Source: Lama glama
Taxonomy: Eukaryota
Assembly (NCBI GenBank): GCA_028534125.1
Contig: CM052816.1
Coordinates: 91,328,001-91,392,000, forward strand
Direction: 5' to 3'
Length of the DNA: 64,000 nt
Shown here: positions 13,023-25,335 of the stretch, piece after piece
Position numbering within the stretch: the stretch's first letter is position 1
Layout: the number at the start of each line of letters is the position of its first letter
Notes under the pieces: model-generated
Seen by the model: only the letters and a program-made list of their open reading frames with translations
What the model was told of the DNA's origin: nothing
Database searches by the model: none
Position numbers and translations under genes: made by a program

Positions 13023-13480
13023 TACGATAAAAGTGATATGATATCACTTCCAAGAGGAGGTTACAAAAAAGATTGACTTTCCTCTTGTTGGATTCTCCCT
13101 CGGGCTCTTCTCACTTGCTTAGTTGATGAAGAAACCTGCCATGTTGAGCCACCCACCTGGCAAGGAACTGAAGACATCTCAGGGCACAGGCAGGGAGGAA
13201 CTGAGACCCTCACTTCAATATCCTTTGGGAAAATGGGATTCTGCCAGCAACCACATGAGTGGGCTTGGAGACAGATCCTTTCCTAGTGGCACTCTGAGGT
13301 GGTTCAGTTCTGGGTGACACCTTGATTGCAGCCTGGGACAAACCGAGGGACACTCGGCTGAGTCCTGCCCGGACTCCTGCCCCACAGAAATGGTGAGATA
13401 ATATGTTATTGTTTCAACCCAGTTGTTAAGAGAATTAACGTTTTGTCATTTAGAGAATTTGTTCCACAGCAATTTGTTTT
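13021..13480. mobile_element. MLT1 (MLT1D/E-like) LTR
   Basis: TGGCAAGGAACTGA...TTCTGCCAGCAACCACATGAGTGGGCTTGGA...ACACCTTGATTGCAGCCTG...CCCACAGAAATGGTGAGATAAT. Confidence 0.8.
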
Positions 13481-13819
13481 TAACTGAAAAAAACAAAAAA
13501 CAAAACACAAAGCCCAACATAGTTCTTAATGATTCTTAGGTCAAGAATTAATCAAAATGAAAACTCTTATTTAGGGAAAAGCAGCAATGAAAAAAATTAC
13601 AAAGGAAAACAGGTGAGTTTTCACTTCTGATCTGATTGGTTGGGTTTGTGGTAGACCAATGTCTCAGTGAGAAGAAACAGAAAAGTCGAATATGTTGAAA
13701 AACAGGATTCTGTTCGAAGGTGTCATAGGCAGCTGAAGCAGCTTGGACTTGAGGGGCCAAGTTCCTGGAGAGAAGCGAGCTTACTGGGTTGGATTTCAGC
13801 CAAGAATGGGAATTGAGGA

Positions 13820-14150
13820 GCTAATATTCCAGAGAGAAAGAAGAAGATGGAAACTGGTAGATAAAGTATTTCCCCTTCCTTTCCAAAGAATGTGCCATTC
13901 TCCCCTATCCTCTTCATCCCCCAGATACCTGTCTGGGGGTGCAGTTCACATAGCTCCTCGGGGGCGGGTCCAGGCTTTGAGCCAGCACACTTATAGGCAG
14001 CCATCTTGGTGGTGCATGCTCACATCGGGTCTCCCATCTCCCCTGCTTCACTCCTCTTGGGCCTCATTCCTGCTCCCGGGAATGGTAATTCCTAATAAAG
14101 TAATAGCTCATAAGCCCTTTGCCTGAGGCTTTGTTCAGCATTGAAACTAG
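13820..14150 (+). mobile_element. LTR16-like ERVL LTR
   Basis: CCCTGCTTCACTCC...CCTAATAAAGTAATAGC...CCTTTGCCTGAGGCTTTG resembles the LTR16 3' end. Confidence 0.5.
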
Positions 14151-14489
14151 ATTCAAAATAAGTGAACAGAAACTAAAACATTTTTAAGACACCAGGGATG
14201 GTTAATTAGGAAACATAATGGAAAAAGCGACCCATAAGTTTTATTAGGTTGTGTTTTCGTTATCAGTGCAAAATACTTTCCAATTTCCATTGCAATTTCT
14301 CCTTCAGAACCATAGATTAATATATGTGAAGTGCTTAAAAGGTACATGGTAAGCACTATGTAAGTGCTATCTTTTCTTATTGAAAAGCATAAAGATATGG
14401 GCACACACTCCCATGTCTGTGTAAACATAAACCTATAGTATTACAAGTAAAAGACAACTTTTACAATATACATGACAGACAAAATAATA

Positions 14490-14650
14490 ACAACACCTAG
14501 CATTTATAGAATGTCCTATACAGGGTCTCTATATGGCAATACTATGTTCTATTACATTTTGCAAATGAGGAAACTGAGGCACAGTAATTTTTCTGGGTCA
14601 TAGAGTTGGTAGATGATGGAGTCTCACTTTGAACATAGGCAATCTTATTA
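14490..14650 (-). mobile_element. MIR SINE
   Basis: MIR core ATTTTGCAAATGAGGAAACTGAGGCACAG. Confidence 0.7.
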
Positions 14651-15177
14651 TACAAAGAGCTTCTGGATTCTGGTCCAGTTTACATAATGAGGGGCCTAGT
14701 TATCACTTTCCCTTCTCAAACCCTATTAAAATAAAACAAGAAATACATAAGAAAATCCATAAGATATTGGAAAGCCAGTGGGGATGCCAGTGGCATAATA
14801 AAACCCAAAATTCTGCAACATACAAAGCAGTTGGTAATCGATTAATAATAAATGCTAATGAAGCTAAGAAATTGCACTGTAACTTGAGCTCCAAAAAATT
14901 AACAGGACTGGGAGAGAACATGGGTTCTGGTGGTCTGCTAGAAACTGAAAAGGCAACAGTGAGAAAGAACTGTTTTTTTCCCCCATCTGTACCCCTAGAG
15001 AGAAGCTGCCTCTGGAATTGACTCCCAGGTCACTGCCCCTGGGATTGTGAAGGAGAAGTTCTGACATGGGAGGCCTCTGGAACAGGCCCTGGGCTGGAGA
15101 TCATCCCAAGATATAAGGTTCCTTAGGATCCCAGGTTCCCAAGGGCATGATGAGGGACTTGGGAATCTCACATCCAC

Positions 15178-15296
15178 AAACATGGAATATAGCCAATATG
15201 TTATAACTACTTTAAATGGAATATAATCTATAGAAATATTGAATCACTATGTTATACACCTAAACTAATATTGTAAATGAACTATTCTTCAATAAC
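15178..15296 (+). mobile_element. LINE-1 3' end (copy B)
   Basis: GGAATATAGCCAATATG...AATCACTATGTTATACACCTAAACTAAT...ACTATTCTTCAATAA. Confidence 0.8.
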
Positions 15297-15505
15297 AAGG
15301 AAGGAAGGAAGGAAAAGAGGGAGGGAGGAAGGAAGGAATGAAGGAAGGAAAAGAGAAAGAGAAAGGAAGAAAGGAAGAAAGAAAGGAAGGAAGGAAGGGA
15401 AGGTAGGAAGGAAGGAAGGAAGGAAGGAAGAAAGGAAGGAAGGAAGGAAGGAAGGAAGGAAGGAAGGAAGGAAGGAAGGAAGGAAGGAAGGAAGGAAGGA
15501 AGAGA
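15297..15505 (+). repeat. (GGAA)n purine-rich microsatellite
   Basis: Directly visible. Confidence 0.95.
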
Positions 15506-15509
15506 AAGG

Positions 15510-15873
<364 letters not shown>

Positions 15874-16616
15874 TAGACATTAAGGACATAATAGATCTGG
15901 TCATGTCGCAAGCAAATGCATTAAGAGCAAAGGCAGCCTGAGCCCTGGGGGACAGCAGTCATAACATTGTAAGTGTTAGTATGGAGTTAACAGTGTAACC
16001 ATCTGAAAATGAGCACTCATTTATTTTGGTGTTTCAAAAAAGTAACTGCAGCTTGGTTTTACACTTGTACTGTTTAATTCCACTGCGGCTTCAGTTTTGT
16101 ACTGCTTGGCTCATGGATTCTACTTTAGTGATTTTTTTTTCTTTAGGAAATAAATAGAAAAATGCAAAGATAAATGTCTGTATTGATGCATATACAAACA
16201 TTATTGATAACAGCCCTTGCCCTTCCCTTCTCCCACAAAAATAACAAAACAAAACAAAACACAAAGATACACAAAACAGAGAAAAGAGAAAAGAATAGGC
16301 AATAACCAAAATAAACTAGCAGAAAATAAATGAATGGGACATCCATGTAATACATAGTGCCATCTTGCCATTAAAAAGTATATTTTAGAAGGGTATGGAA
16401 AAAAAGATCAAAATATACTCTGTAAAGTAGAACTCCCATAATGTTTGAGAGGACTAGAAGGTTTAGTTAATTAACTAAATAAAATCTTTCTGATAAGTGT
16501 GCATTCCTGAAGACTAGCTTGTAGAGAAGATTTCTTATGATGTTAAGGGTGTTCTCATTATATTAAGGGTGTTCTTGGTCCTTATGTCCCCTCCTATTGG
16601 TCAATGAATAACAATA

Positions 16617-17147
16617 TGTAGAGGAGAAAAAATATTTTCTCTCTACCCTTCTAGGTTCTTGGCTGAAAACTCCCTCTAGTAAAAGATTAGCAGGAGAAGA
16701 ACAAACAGAAATAGAATGACACATTTACTCCTGTCCCCAGGTGAGATATCCAGGAAAACTAATTCCCTGGAAATGGCCCAAATCACCACCTTAAATACCA
16801 TCTTCAGCTAAAGACAAAAGAAAGATGTTGGGGGTGGGGGCTGCAGTTACTGGAGGTGTCAAAAGCATAGTAAACAAGAGTAAGATTGCTTTGCAGGGTT
16901 AGATCATTGCCTTCTTGACTGAGAAGAGTTCCTAGAGATTTAGAATCATCCTTTGCTTCCTAGTTCAGAGAGGGAAACACCCTTACAAACGGAGATCTCC
17001 CTTATAGATGTAAATGTCTTTTACAAAGAGTAAATTCTTCATTTTCAGAGCTTTCCCTAAGTCTGATATTTCTTAAAAATAATCAGCTCAAGATAATCCC
17101 TACACCAAAGAGGCATCTTATGGGGTGGCATATTCTGCTCCTCTTCA
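16617..17147 (-). mobile_element. ERV1-type solo LTR (MER41-like)
   Basis: TG...CA termini; AATAATCAGCTCAAGATAATCC..CCAAAGAGGCATCTTATGGGGTGGCATATTCTG end resembles MER41-like LTRs. Confidence 0.7.
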
Positions 17148-17885
17148 TAAATAAATGATAACACTTGAAAAGTGTAATTAATATCATGTTAAATGTTTTC
17201 TTTTTGTCTGTTTAAGAGTTGCTAACAGGATCTCATTAATGATTGGGGATTTCTCTTGCCTCTTTTTGTTTTTAAGCTCACTTTATTAGGATAACACTTT
17301 TCAATAATCATTGGACTTTTTTCTTATTATCATTAACACCTCTCCTAGAAATACAGGTATCATTCTCATCACTGTCATCAAAATATTTATTGTTGTTTAG
17401 TAGAATGCCTTTTATTTTGGGAGTTTTAAAATCTAAATTAACAGAAGTCGATCATTTTTAAAGTCTCATTTTTAACTTCCATAAAGCTAATCTCAGAACC
17501 AAAATATCCTTTGAAATCAGTGGGAAGTCTGTTCACTGAGCTTTGGAAAAGATAAAAAATAAGCTGAAAGAAAGTGACTCTCACCAGTTACCTCATGTCC
17601 ATGCATTACTTTAATCTATTTTAAATTAGACATTTATTTTAAGCATATGTTCTTGTATAATGCATAACCTATTCAATCAGTCTTTGGACAGTGTCCTCTT
17701 TTCTTAATTGTTTCTATTTCTTCCAAGATTTAAAAAAATTCTGATATTTAACCTTTCATTTTTTTTAATTCTGAAAAAAATCCTTCTTTGTACAGCTTAT
17801 TATTATCTTTTTAGCATTGCTTTAAAAAACTTTAAAACTATGTCTCCTTTACTCAGATCTTGAGGAAAATTCTACTATTAGCCAG

Positions 17886-18120
17886 AGTGGGGGTTCTCTA
17901 CCTTGGCACTGTTAAAGTTTGTGGCCAGATAACCCTATTGTGGGGGCTGTTCTGTGTATTGTACAATACTCAGCAGCATCCTTGGCCTCAACCCAACTCC
18001 AGGCCAGAAGCAGTGCCCTACTAGTTGTGATAACAAAAAAGGTCTCCAGTCGTGAACAAGTGGCCCCTGGAGATGGGGAGCAGAAGGGGCAAAGTTCCTC
18101 CCTGCTGAGAAACACAGAGT
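17886..18120. mobile_element. MER20 element (opposite orientation to 7033-7262)
   Basis: GTTCTCTACCTTGGCACTGTT...GCAGCATCCTTGGCCTC...GTTGTGATAAC...GTCTCCAG...GCTGAGAAACAC. Confidence 0.8.
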
Positions 18121-18248
18121 TAGGGTGTTTTAGGCTTGTGTTTCTGTTTTCAATCATGATTTATGAATGAATTATTCTCTGAAGCATTACAGTGAATAGG
18201 CCTTTCACAGCAGGATTTCTTTTTTTTCAGTCAGTGTATAGATAAGGA

Positions 18249-18699
18249 TGTGAAAATTAATAGAGGGAAACCTCATTAAAATGGAATCGGAGACTAGAAG
18301 GGAGAGCTGTCATGCATGTACCACTGGACGTCAACATAGATCCCAATAGGAAGAGACATACCTGTGTCTCCGGCAGGAAGTGACATTACTTTACTACCAC
18401 CAGCAGGAGGAAGAAAGATTTTCTCCTTGCCTGGCAACAGCTCAGCCAATGAGAGACGATCACAACTCAGCCAGTGAAAAGCCACTGCACTTCAAACCCC
18501 CGGTTTCCTCTAATGAACTTTTTATTTATAACAGCTCCTTCCAACTTCCCTTTCTGCTCTATAAAAGAATTTCCTCTCCTTTGCTTTACCAGACTTGCAT
18601 GTGGTTCTCCATAGTTGCATATCCTGAATTGCAATTCTTTGCTGCTCCCGAATAAACTGCTGGTGAAATAACTGGCTGTTTTATTGTTTTAGGTTAATG
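18249..18699 (+). mobile_element. ERV1-type solo LTR with CCAAT, TATA and polyA signal
   Basis: Starts TGTGAAAATTAA; CCAAT 18446-18450, TATAAAA 18560-18566 and AATAAA 18651-18656 in U3-R-U5 order. Confidence 0.75.
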
Positions 18700-18779
18700 T
18701 TCCACCAGGGAATGCAATACTTACTCCTCTCGATGCCTACCCCACACCCCACTCCTCTTATTTTTTCTCTGCGAGTAGC

Positions 18780-19223
18780 ATCAAAAAACAATTTTGAAAG
18801 CATGTGATTATGACATTTCATGATATCAATCTCAGAAGGTCAGGCATATAACACCCCCATCCCCTGTCTTTTCCTGCTAAGCTCCATGTCACCAAATTAA
18901 GACTTAAGTATATCTTCAGCTCTTCCAGAAATGAAATTTTAAACCAGCCCATCAGGGATCACCTAATCAGCGCTAGTCAGGTAATCTGCCTGGTAGCCCC
19001 CAGCCGTCCCCTAAAGGAAAGTAACTTTGCAATAACCAATCCACTTTTTTTAACCTGGTATCACTTCCCTGTCCCTGCTCCCTTCTGCTTATAAAGTCTT
19101 CCATTTTGCACAGATCCTTGAAGCTCCTTTCCATCTGTCAGATTGAATGGTGCCCCATTTGAATCAATTTTTACTCAAATAAGCTCTTAAAATTTTTAAC
19201 AGGCCTCAGTCTATCTTTTAACA
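18780..19223 (+). mobile_element. MER34-like ERV1 solo LTR
   Basis: AACCAATC, CTTATAAAG and 3' end CTCAAATAAGCTCTTAAAATTTTTAA..GCCTCAGTCTATCTTTTAACA. Confidence 0.65.
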
Positions 19224-22200
19224 CTGCACTCTCGTGTCCATTACACTATTCACAATAGCCAAGATAGGGAAACCACCTGTTTAAAAAACTTCATTTTTCT
19301 CTTGTTCGTTTAGTAACACTTTTTTGAATACCCATTACTTATCAATGCATTTTTACTAAGCACTGGGGACAAACTATAAATTTTATATATAAAAAATGAT
19401 CTGGCCTCAAGTAACTTGTGATCTGCTGGTTGGAGAAAGACAGGTGGAGCAAGTAAGAGGGAGACGCAAGCGGCGCATGCTCACAAGGGAACAGCGCGGT
19501 TGAATCCGGGCAGGGCCAAGGTGGTGGGTGGAGCTGCCCCGAGGAGTATAAGGAAACTTTCCCAAATGGTTATTTCAACTAGTAAAAATTTGTAATTAAC
19601 CGTATTGGAAGGGAATCTTATGAATGCATGTCTTATCATGCTTTACTTAATCAACACACACAGTCCAGGCTGTAAACTTTGGATGTTCACATCCTTTATT
19701 ACAAGTACCAGTGATTGTGCAAGTGTAAAAGCAGACAGACCTCCAGCGGCTTTCTACGCTGTGCATAGAGCTGTTTGCTTCTAAATGAACTCTTCCTGAG
19801 GAGATTTTAAAATTAGTGGGTCTGATTCTGTGCGAGGAGGGCAGAACATTAGCTGTTGCTTCCCGAAGCTGCTCTTCTGCTTACATGTCCAAGTTTGTTA
19901 TTTGTAATTTGCTGTGGACAGAGAAATTAGGTAAATATGTTTATAAGGATTATATTTTAAATCAAATAAAACAGATCTAGTGGTTTCACCTGACGGGAAA
20001 GTGGAAGCATTTGTGAATAGATTTTCATGCAGTTGTGCGTAGGGTGGGCTGCAGTGGATTTTGGAGGCTGATTTGTTTATTTCCTGGTTCTGAGGTGGTT
20101 CTGGTTGCATTTGATGCCTTATAGTGATATTTTTCCAACAGAAAGTATGCGTCTCTTCTAGTATTTCAGTATATAGTAGGTTCACTTTTATCCTACTTAC
20201 CACCATCTTCATTTTTTATGACCTTGAATCATATCCTGTCTCATCCGTCCTTGTCTCTATAGTCCTCACACTGAAGTCTGATATCTACAGAAGTTCCTCT
20301 ATCCTCTTGGGTTAGTTGCTGACATGAGGCACACCTGGCACACTCCTATCTACCCTTCAAAGCCCAGCTCAAATGACCCACTCTGAGAAACATTTTCTTA
20401 GGTTGAATCATCTTTCTCATGCAGAACTGTCTATATTTGTATTTCTTAAACACTTCAATCCTCCTACTATAACTCTTAGTCTATGTAACTTGTTTATATA
20501 TATGTACTTATCTTCTCAGTTGGAATATGGCTTTTTTGAGGTCAGGTTCATCCATGTCTCAAAATGCATTACCAAAAAAATTGTCACTTTCAGAAAGAGA
20601 TGGTGTTTCATGGTTTGCACTCAATCCCTCTTTGATGATACTCATTATTTGTGGGATTCCCCTACCCAGTCGTTCACTCATTCCCTCAGCCACCCCCGAC
20701 ACACACCAGCATATTGAGCTCATGCGTATAACATCAAAGTTTATTCTTCTTTAACTGTATGAAGTTATGCCCACTTATTTAAAACTTCCTGCATTTAAGA
20801 AACCTTGCAGATAGCTGCGGTTTATAACTCATGGTTTTGCATTTCTGTATCTGTTGGTGAGCAGTTTCATGTTGTTGGCTTAGCTGGGCAGGGCTAAGTT
20901 CAGGACTTCAGATGCACGGGAGGAAAGAGTTGACAAGTACTGTAAAGTGTAAGGGCTAGATGTCAAATTCCACAGTCTGGGGAGAGCAGGCATCTACTTG
21001 TATCGGTCAAGCAGTCATTCCCCTGGGAACATTTCTCTTCCTTTAAGGAGGTGCTGTTTACCTGTAACAACTGTAACTAGGCTGAAGGTAACTTCGGTGA
21101 CTGGTCAGCAGCTCACCAAAGCAGACTGAGTCAATCACGATCCTTTCCTTAAAACTTTAAAGTCTGATGGATTGAAGTAGAACTGGGGGTGGGGTATAAA
21201 ATTTGTGATTTGGGGTAAACATGAAATTGTCTCCTCTTCTTGTCTGAATAAGGACTTTTCTAAGGCAAAGGAAAACAGACCAGTGTTCCTAATCTAGGCA
21301 GAAGCCCTGGGGAAAAATCAGAGACTCCAGGACTCTTTGGGTAGAGCAATCAGGATTCAGGCTGGTACCCTACTGAAGCCAAGCTCCAGCTAGCATCCTT
21401 GCATGTTTCTTGCTGCATCTCCACTCTTCTCAGAATGGTGGTGAAACTGATCAGGCCCCAGGTGAGTGAGTTAAGTATCCTGAGGGAGAGTAGGCAGGGG
21501 AAAGGAGAAGAGAATGGACAGTCAGTGTTTTACTGAACTTATTAATCTTGGATTGGTCTTAGGGACTCTGAATCCTTTATTCATACAAGGATTTGTCTCT
21601 GTCTAGTATATAAACTAATTTACCACTGTCCATCCAAATCTCATGGAAGCATAGATACCTTTAAGTTGTTATTGGTATGAAACTCTATTGGTAACTTTTA
21701 ACAAGTAAATAATATTTCTCTTGAATTGAGATTTGTATTAATATTTACTCATTTAGTGCACATTTATTGAGCTCTCACTAATTTCAGTCATTACAGTATA
21801 TGCAAATAAAAGATTCACTTAAACAGATAGGTTCAAAGTCCAAGTAGCTTACAATCTAACACAAGAGGAAAAAAAAACACACATATAAGTCAATACTGAA
21901 CCACAATGCAAGGTATAATACAATAGAGGTCATAAAACCATTTTTAATATGTGAATTTGGTAGAGAAATAGAAGATTTTGAGCTGAGGGGAGCCATGGCC
22001 AGCTTTATTCAAGAGCTTTCTAAAGCTCGAGTGGCCCTATCAGGTCACACTGATTCAATTGCATTCCAGATGTCAGTCAGGTTTAGGATATCCAGTGTAC
22101 CCAGTGATTCAGCATATTTCTGTGCCTTCAACCTGTCAGGTAAAATGCCCTTCTGCATTTCCCAGTTTCAAGGTAGGGAGACTAAGGGTAAAAGTAATGC

Positions 22201-23039
22201 TTGGTTATATTTTCTAATATTTAAAAATTCAATATGATCCTTTACAAAGCCAACGTGACTTTAAGATGTTCATTTATTGTTCTGAAGGTCTCAAAGCATT
22301 TTGGGGGAGGTGTTTTTGGTAGGAATTAGGAAGCTAACTATCTCATAACTTCAATAGTACTTGTATGCAGAGTTTAGTTATCTGTGTGCTTTCAGATCTC
22401 ACCAAGTTCTTAGAGAAACGCCAGGTCAAAGGACGTTGGTGAGGATTAAGGCATCTAGTAAGGGTAGAGAGAGGACTGTCCCATCAGCTTCGATACAGAA
22501 GCCTTTATGAGTGGAAGAGCCAGCAGGGGTAGGGGAGAGTGGAGAGATGCAAGAGGCAAAGGTAGAAAGGTTGAAGGAAAGTATGGTACCAAACTTACAG
22601 GTAGAACTGACAGATGCTAGAATGCAGTGTAGTATAAACAAATGAGGAGCACGATGGGTGATCAGTGAGACCGGTCAGACATGGAGACCATTCACCCACA
22701 CTCCTTCACTTTCCCTTAAGACCAATGGTGTGCATTTTCAAATTTCTGATGACTTCACTGAACATGAGATCAAGGTCAACCAAGACTTTAATTTCACTTA
22801 TACATGGCAGGAAATGACAAATTAGTCAGTGAATACAAATTACTTCTTAGTACAGAACAGAATAATTTTAGTTAATTTGGTTAAGCAATGAAAAATAATT
22901 GCATTGCATGGTGTGCACCAAAATGCTGTGACTGCATCCTTCCTTGTCCTACAGATTGCATTCCCACCTGGAAATTATGGTTTCACCAGCTGCACAGTGC
23001 CTTAAACACAAGACTGATTGATAATTATCTGCTTGATTG

Positions 23040-24060
23040 CCTGAATTATTCATATAATTATTCAATAAGTACTAACTGACCACTACTCTGACCAGGCACT
23101 GTTCTAGGCACTGGGGACAGAGCAGCGAATGAAATAGTCTCCAGTCAAGCCAGTGTTCCAGAGGAAGATGTTAAATGAGAAAAAAAAAAGCAAACAAAAT
23201 ACACACAATATGTAAATATATCATTTTGAAAAGTAAATCAGTATGAAAAAGAGCAAAACTGGGCAAAGGTTAGAGATAAAATGGGAGTGGAGGATTCTAC
23301 TTCAGATAGGAAGGCTAAGGAAGGTCTTTTTGATGAGGTGCCTCCAAGCAGAGATCTGAGTGAAGCAAGGAAATACGCCGTGACACCTGGAGGAAGAGTA
23401 AGGAAGGAGCGTACCTGGGGAGGGGCTAGGAGGTCAGTGTGGTAGGAATGAATACTGAGGACCAGGGAGATAGTGGTGGAAAGGATATAGAGATGTCTTT
23501 ATAGGCATAGCAAGGAGCTAGGTTGAAGATTTGTAGGACATGCTCAGATTTTTGATATTGCACCAAATGTGATGGGAATCGTGGATGGGTACTGAGCAGG
23601 GGGATGGCCGGATTGGATTCACATTTGACTAGGCTCATCCTGGCTGCTGTAGGGGGCAGATTCAAGAGTAAGAAGCAGGGAGACTATTTTGATGACCCTG
23701 GTGCACCATGGTGTTTTGAGCTGAGATGCTGGGGGCAGAGTTGAAAAGCAGTAGTAAAATTTGAAGTATATTTTGAAAGCACATTAGAAAGAATTTTTCG
23801 ACAGACCAAATATATGATATGAATAATTAAAGTCAAGGGATGACGATAAGGATTTTGACTTAAGTACCTGGATGAATGAGCAGCTGGTTTATTGGCATAA
23901 CGAAGAAGGGAATAAGCAGGTTTAAGGGTGTCGTTTGCTTTTGGGCTGGGTTAGTTTGAAACAGCTCTTAGATATCTAAGTTGTGTAGTCATAGAGTTGA
24001 TTTGACACAGAAGTCTGGAATGCAGTGCTGAGGTTAGAATAGGACATATAAATTGTGGAC
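23040..24060 (-). mobile_element. LINE-2 3' ~1 kb remnant
   Basis: CCAGGCACTGTTCTAGGCACTGGGGACAGAGCAG followed by collinear L2-like blocks. Confidence 0.75.
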
Positions 24061-24589
24061 TTTTCTGCACATGGCATTGTGTCATATGGTGCTGACTTCA
24101 AAACTGCTTCAGTTCTGCTGTATAACAAAGCAATACTCTGCACCAAGAGCTCACAACAGACAGACTGCATTTGACTATCCTCTTTACAAATCACCCTCCC
24201 ACTCATACTACATAACCTTGCTTAATTTCTTTTCTCTTGGATACTTGAAGACAACTGAGAATTCTGTGTCTTGTACTCAGTGGCCACAGAGATTAACGAG
24301 TGCACCCTAAAGTACCAACGGAACGATTTTGGAACATCTCTAAGAGTTGAGATTAAGCAATTTTAAATTAAGCAGTTTTAAAGAGCTCTCCAGGATAACT
24401 CTCTTATTATTAACCCTGCTATTGGAGGGCAAATCAAGGTCATCACACCTAATCTAGCTTCAAGGTCATTCTGAAACAACTCTGACATAGTGTAGCCTGG
24501 ATTGCTTTCTACCTAATATCCCTGAGGTGACTTCAGGGGACATCTCCAGGATGTGGTCATTAGGGAAGTTCAAGGAAAATATTCTGTAG

Positions 24590-25335
24590 ATACCTGCTAA
24601 GATCCCCAAAGAACTTTTGGCGACGTAATTGCCTGGGGCCCTCCCACCTCCCCTCCATCCTTGGATTCAAGTCTAGAGACTCCTGAGTTTGCATGTTCAT
24701 AATGAAACACCTCTTTTGGCAAAGGGGACATTTCCCTCTGTGCATGTATGAGTGGGTCAGGTGGGGAGAAGGGAGACAAAAGAATGGAGGCTTTTCAAGC
24801 ATTTGTTGTATTATTTATATCGTTCCCATTTATGTAGGTTGAAGCAGGCTGGATGTGCCTTTCGGTCTTCACTCACACTGATAGAATTGCCTCACTTCAT
24901 CCGTTTTTCCGTCGGTGGGTGCATGCAGGCTATCGGATGGCTGCCAGTGGCTGCGGGCGCCCTGTTGTCCTTTATGTGATGTCTGTGTCTCTCGGTCAGC
25001 TCTTCCACGTGAGTGCCAGCCGCTGAGAGTGGGTCATCCTTTCTGAGTTCCCACTGTTCTCTAGTAACAGTTCTATATCTTTATGGCAGAGGATGCAGTC
25101 ACAGTTACAAAGGTGTTTTCCCTTGATCCATTGAAGACTCACTGAGTTAACTGAAGGTCATAAACTAGTTTCCCTTTTTCAAGGAGAGGTCAGCTTTGGC
25201 GGTCACACACGCTAGGAAATAATTTTTATGTGGCTACTCACCATATCAAGGACAGTTAATTTTCTCTTACTGGAGTGTCTTTTCAAAAACAATCAGCTGA
25301 GAGGACACATCTAGCATTGTGGCCGTATCCTCTTC
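24590..25335. mobile_element. Possible old ERV1-type LTR
   Basis: LTR-like composition and terminal motif AAAACAATCAGCTGAG...TATCCTCTTCCA; family not identified. Confidence 0.3.

Noticed and set aside
16543..16575. 13-bp direct repeat TTAAGGGTGTTCT x2
   Set aside because: Only two copies 20 bp apart; a simple micro-duplication, not an array or CRISPR.
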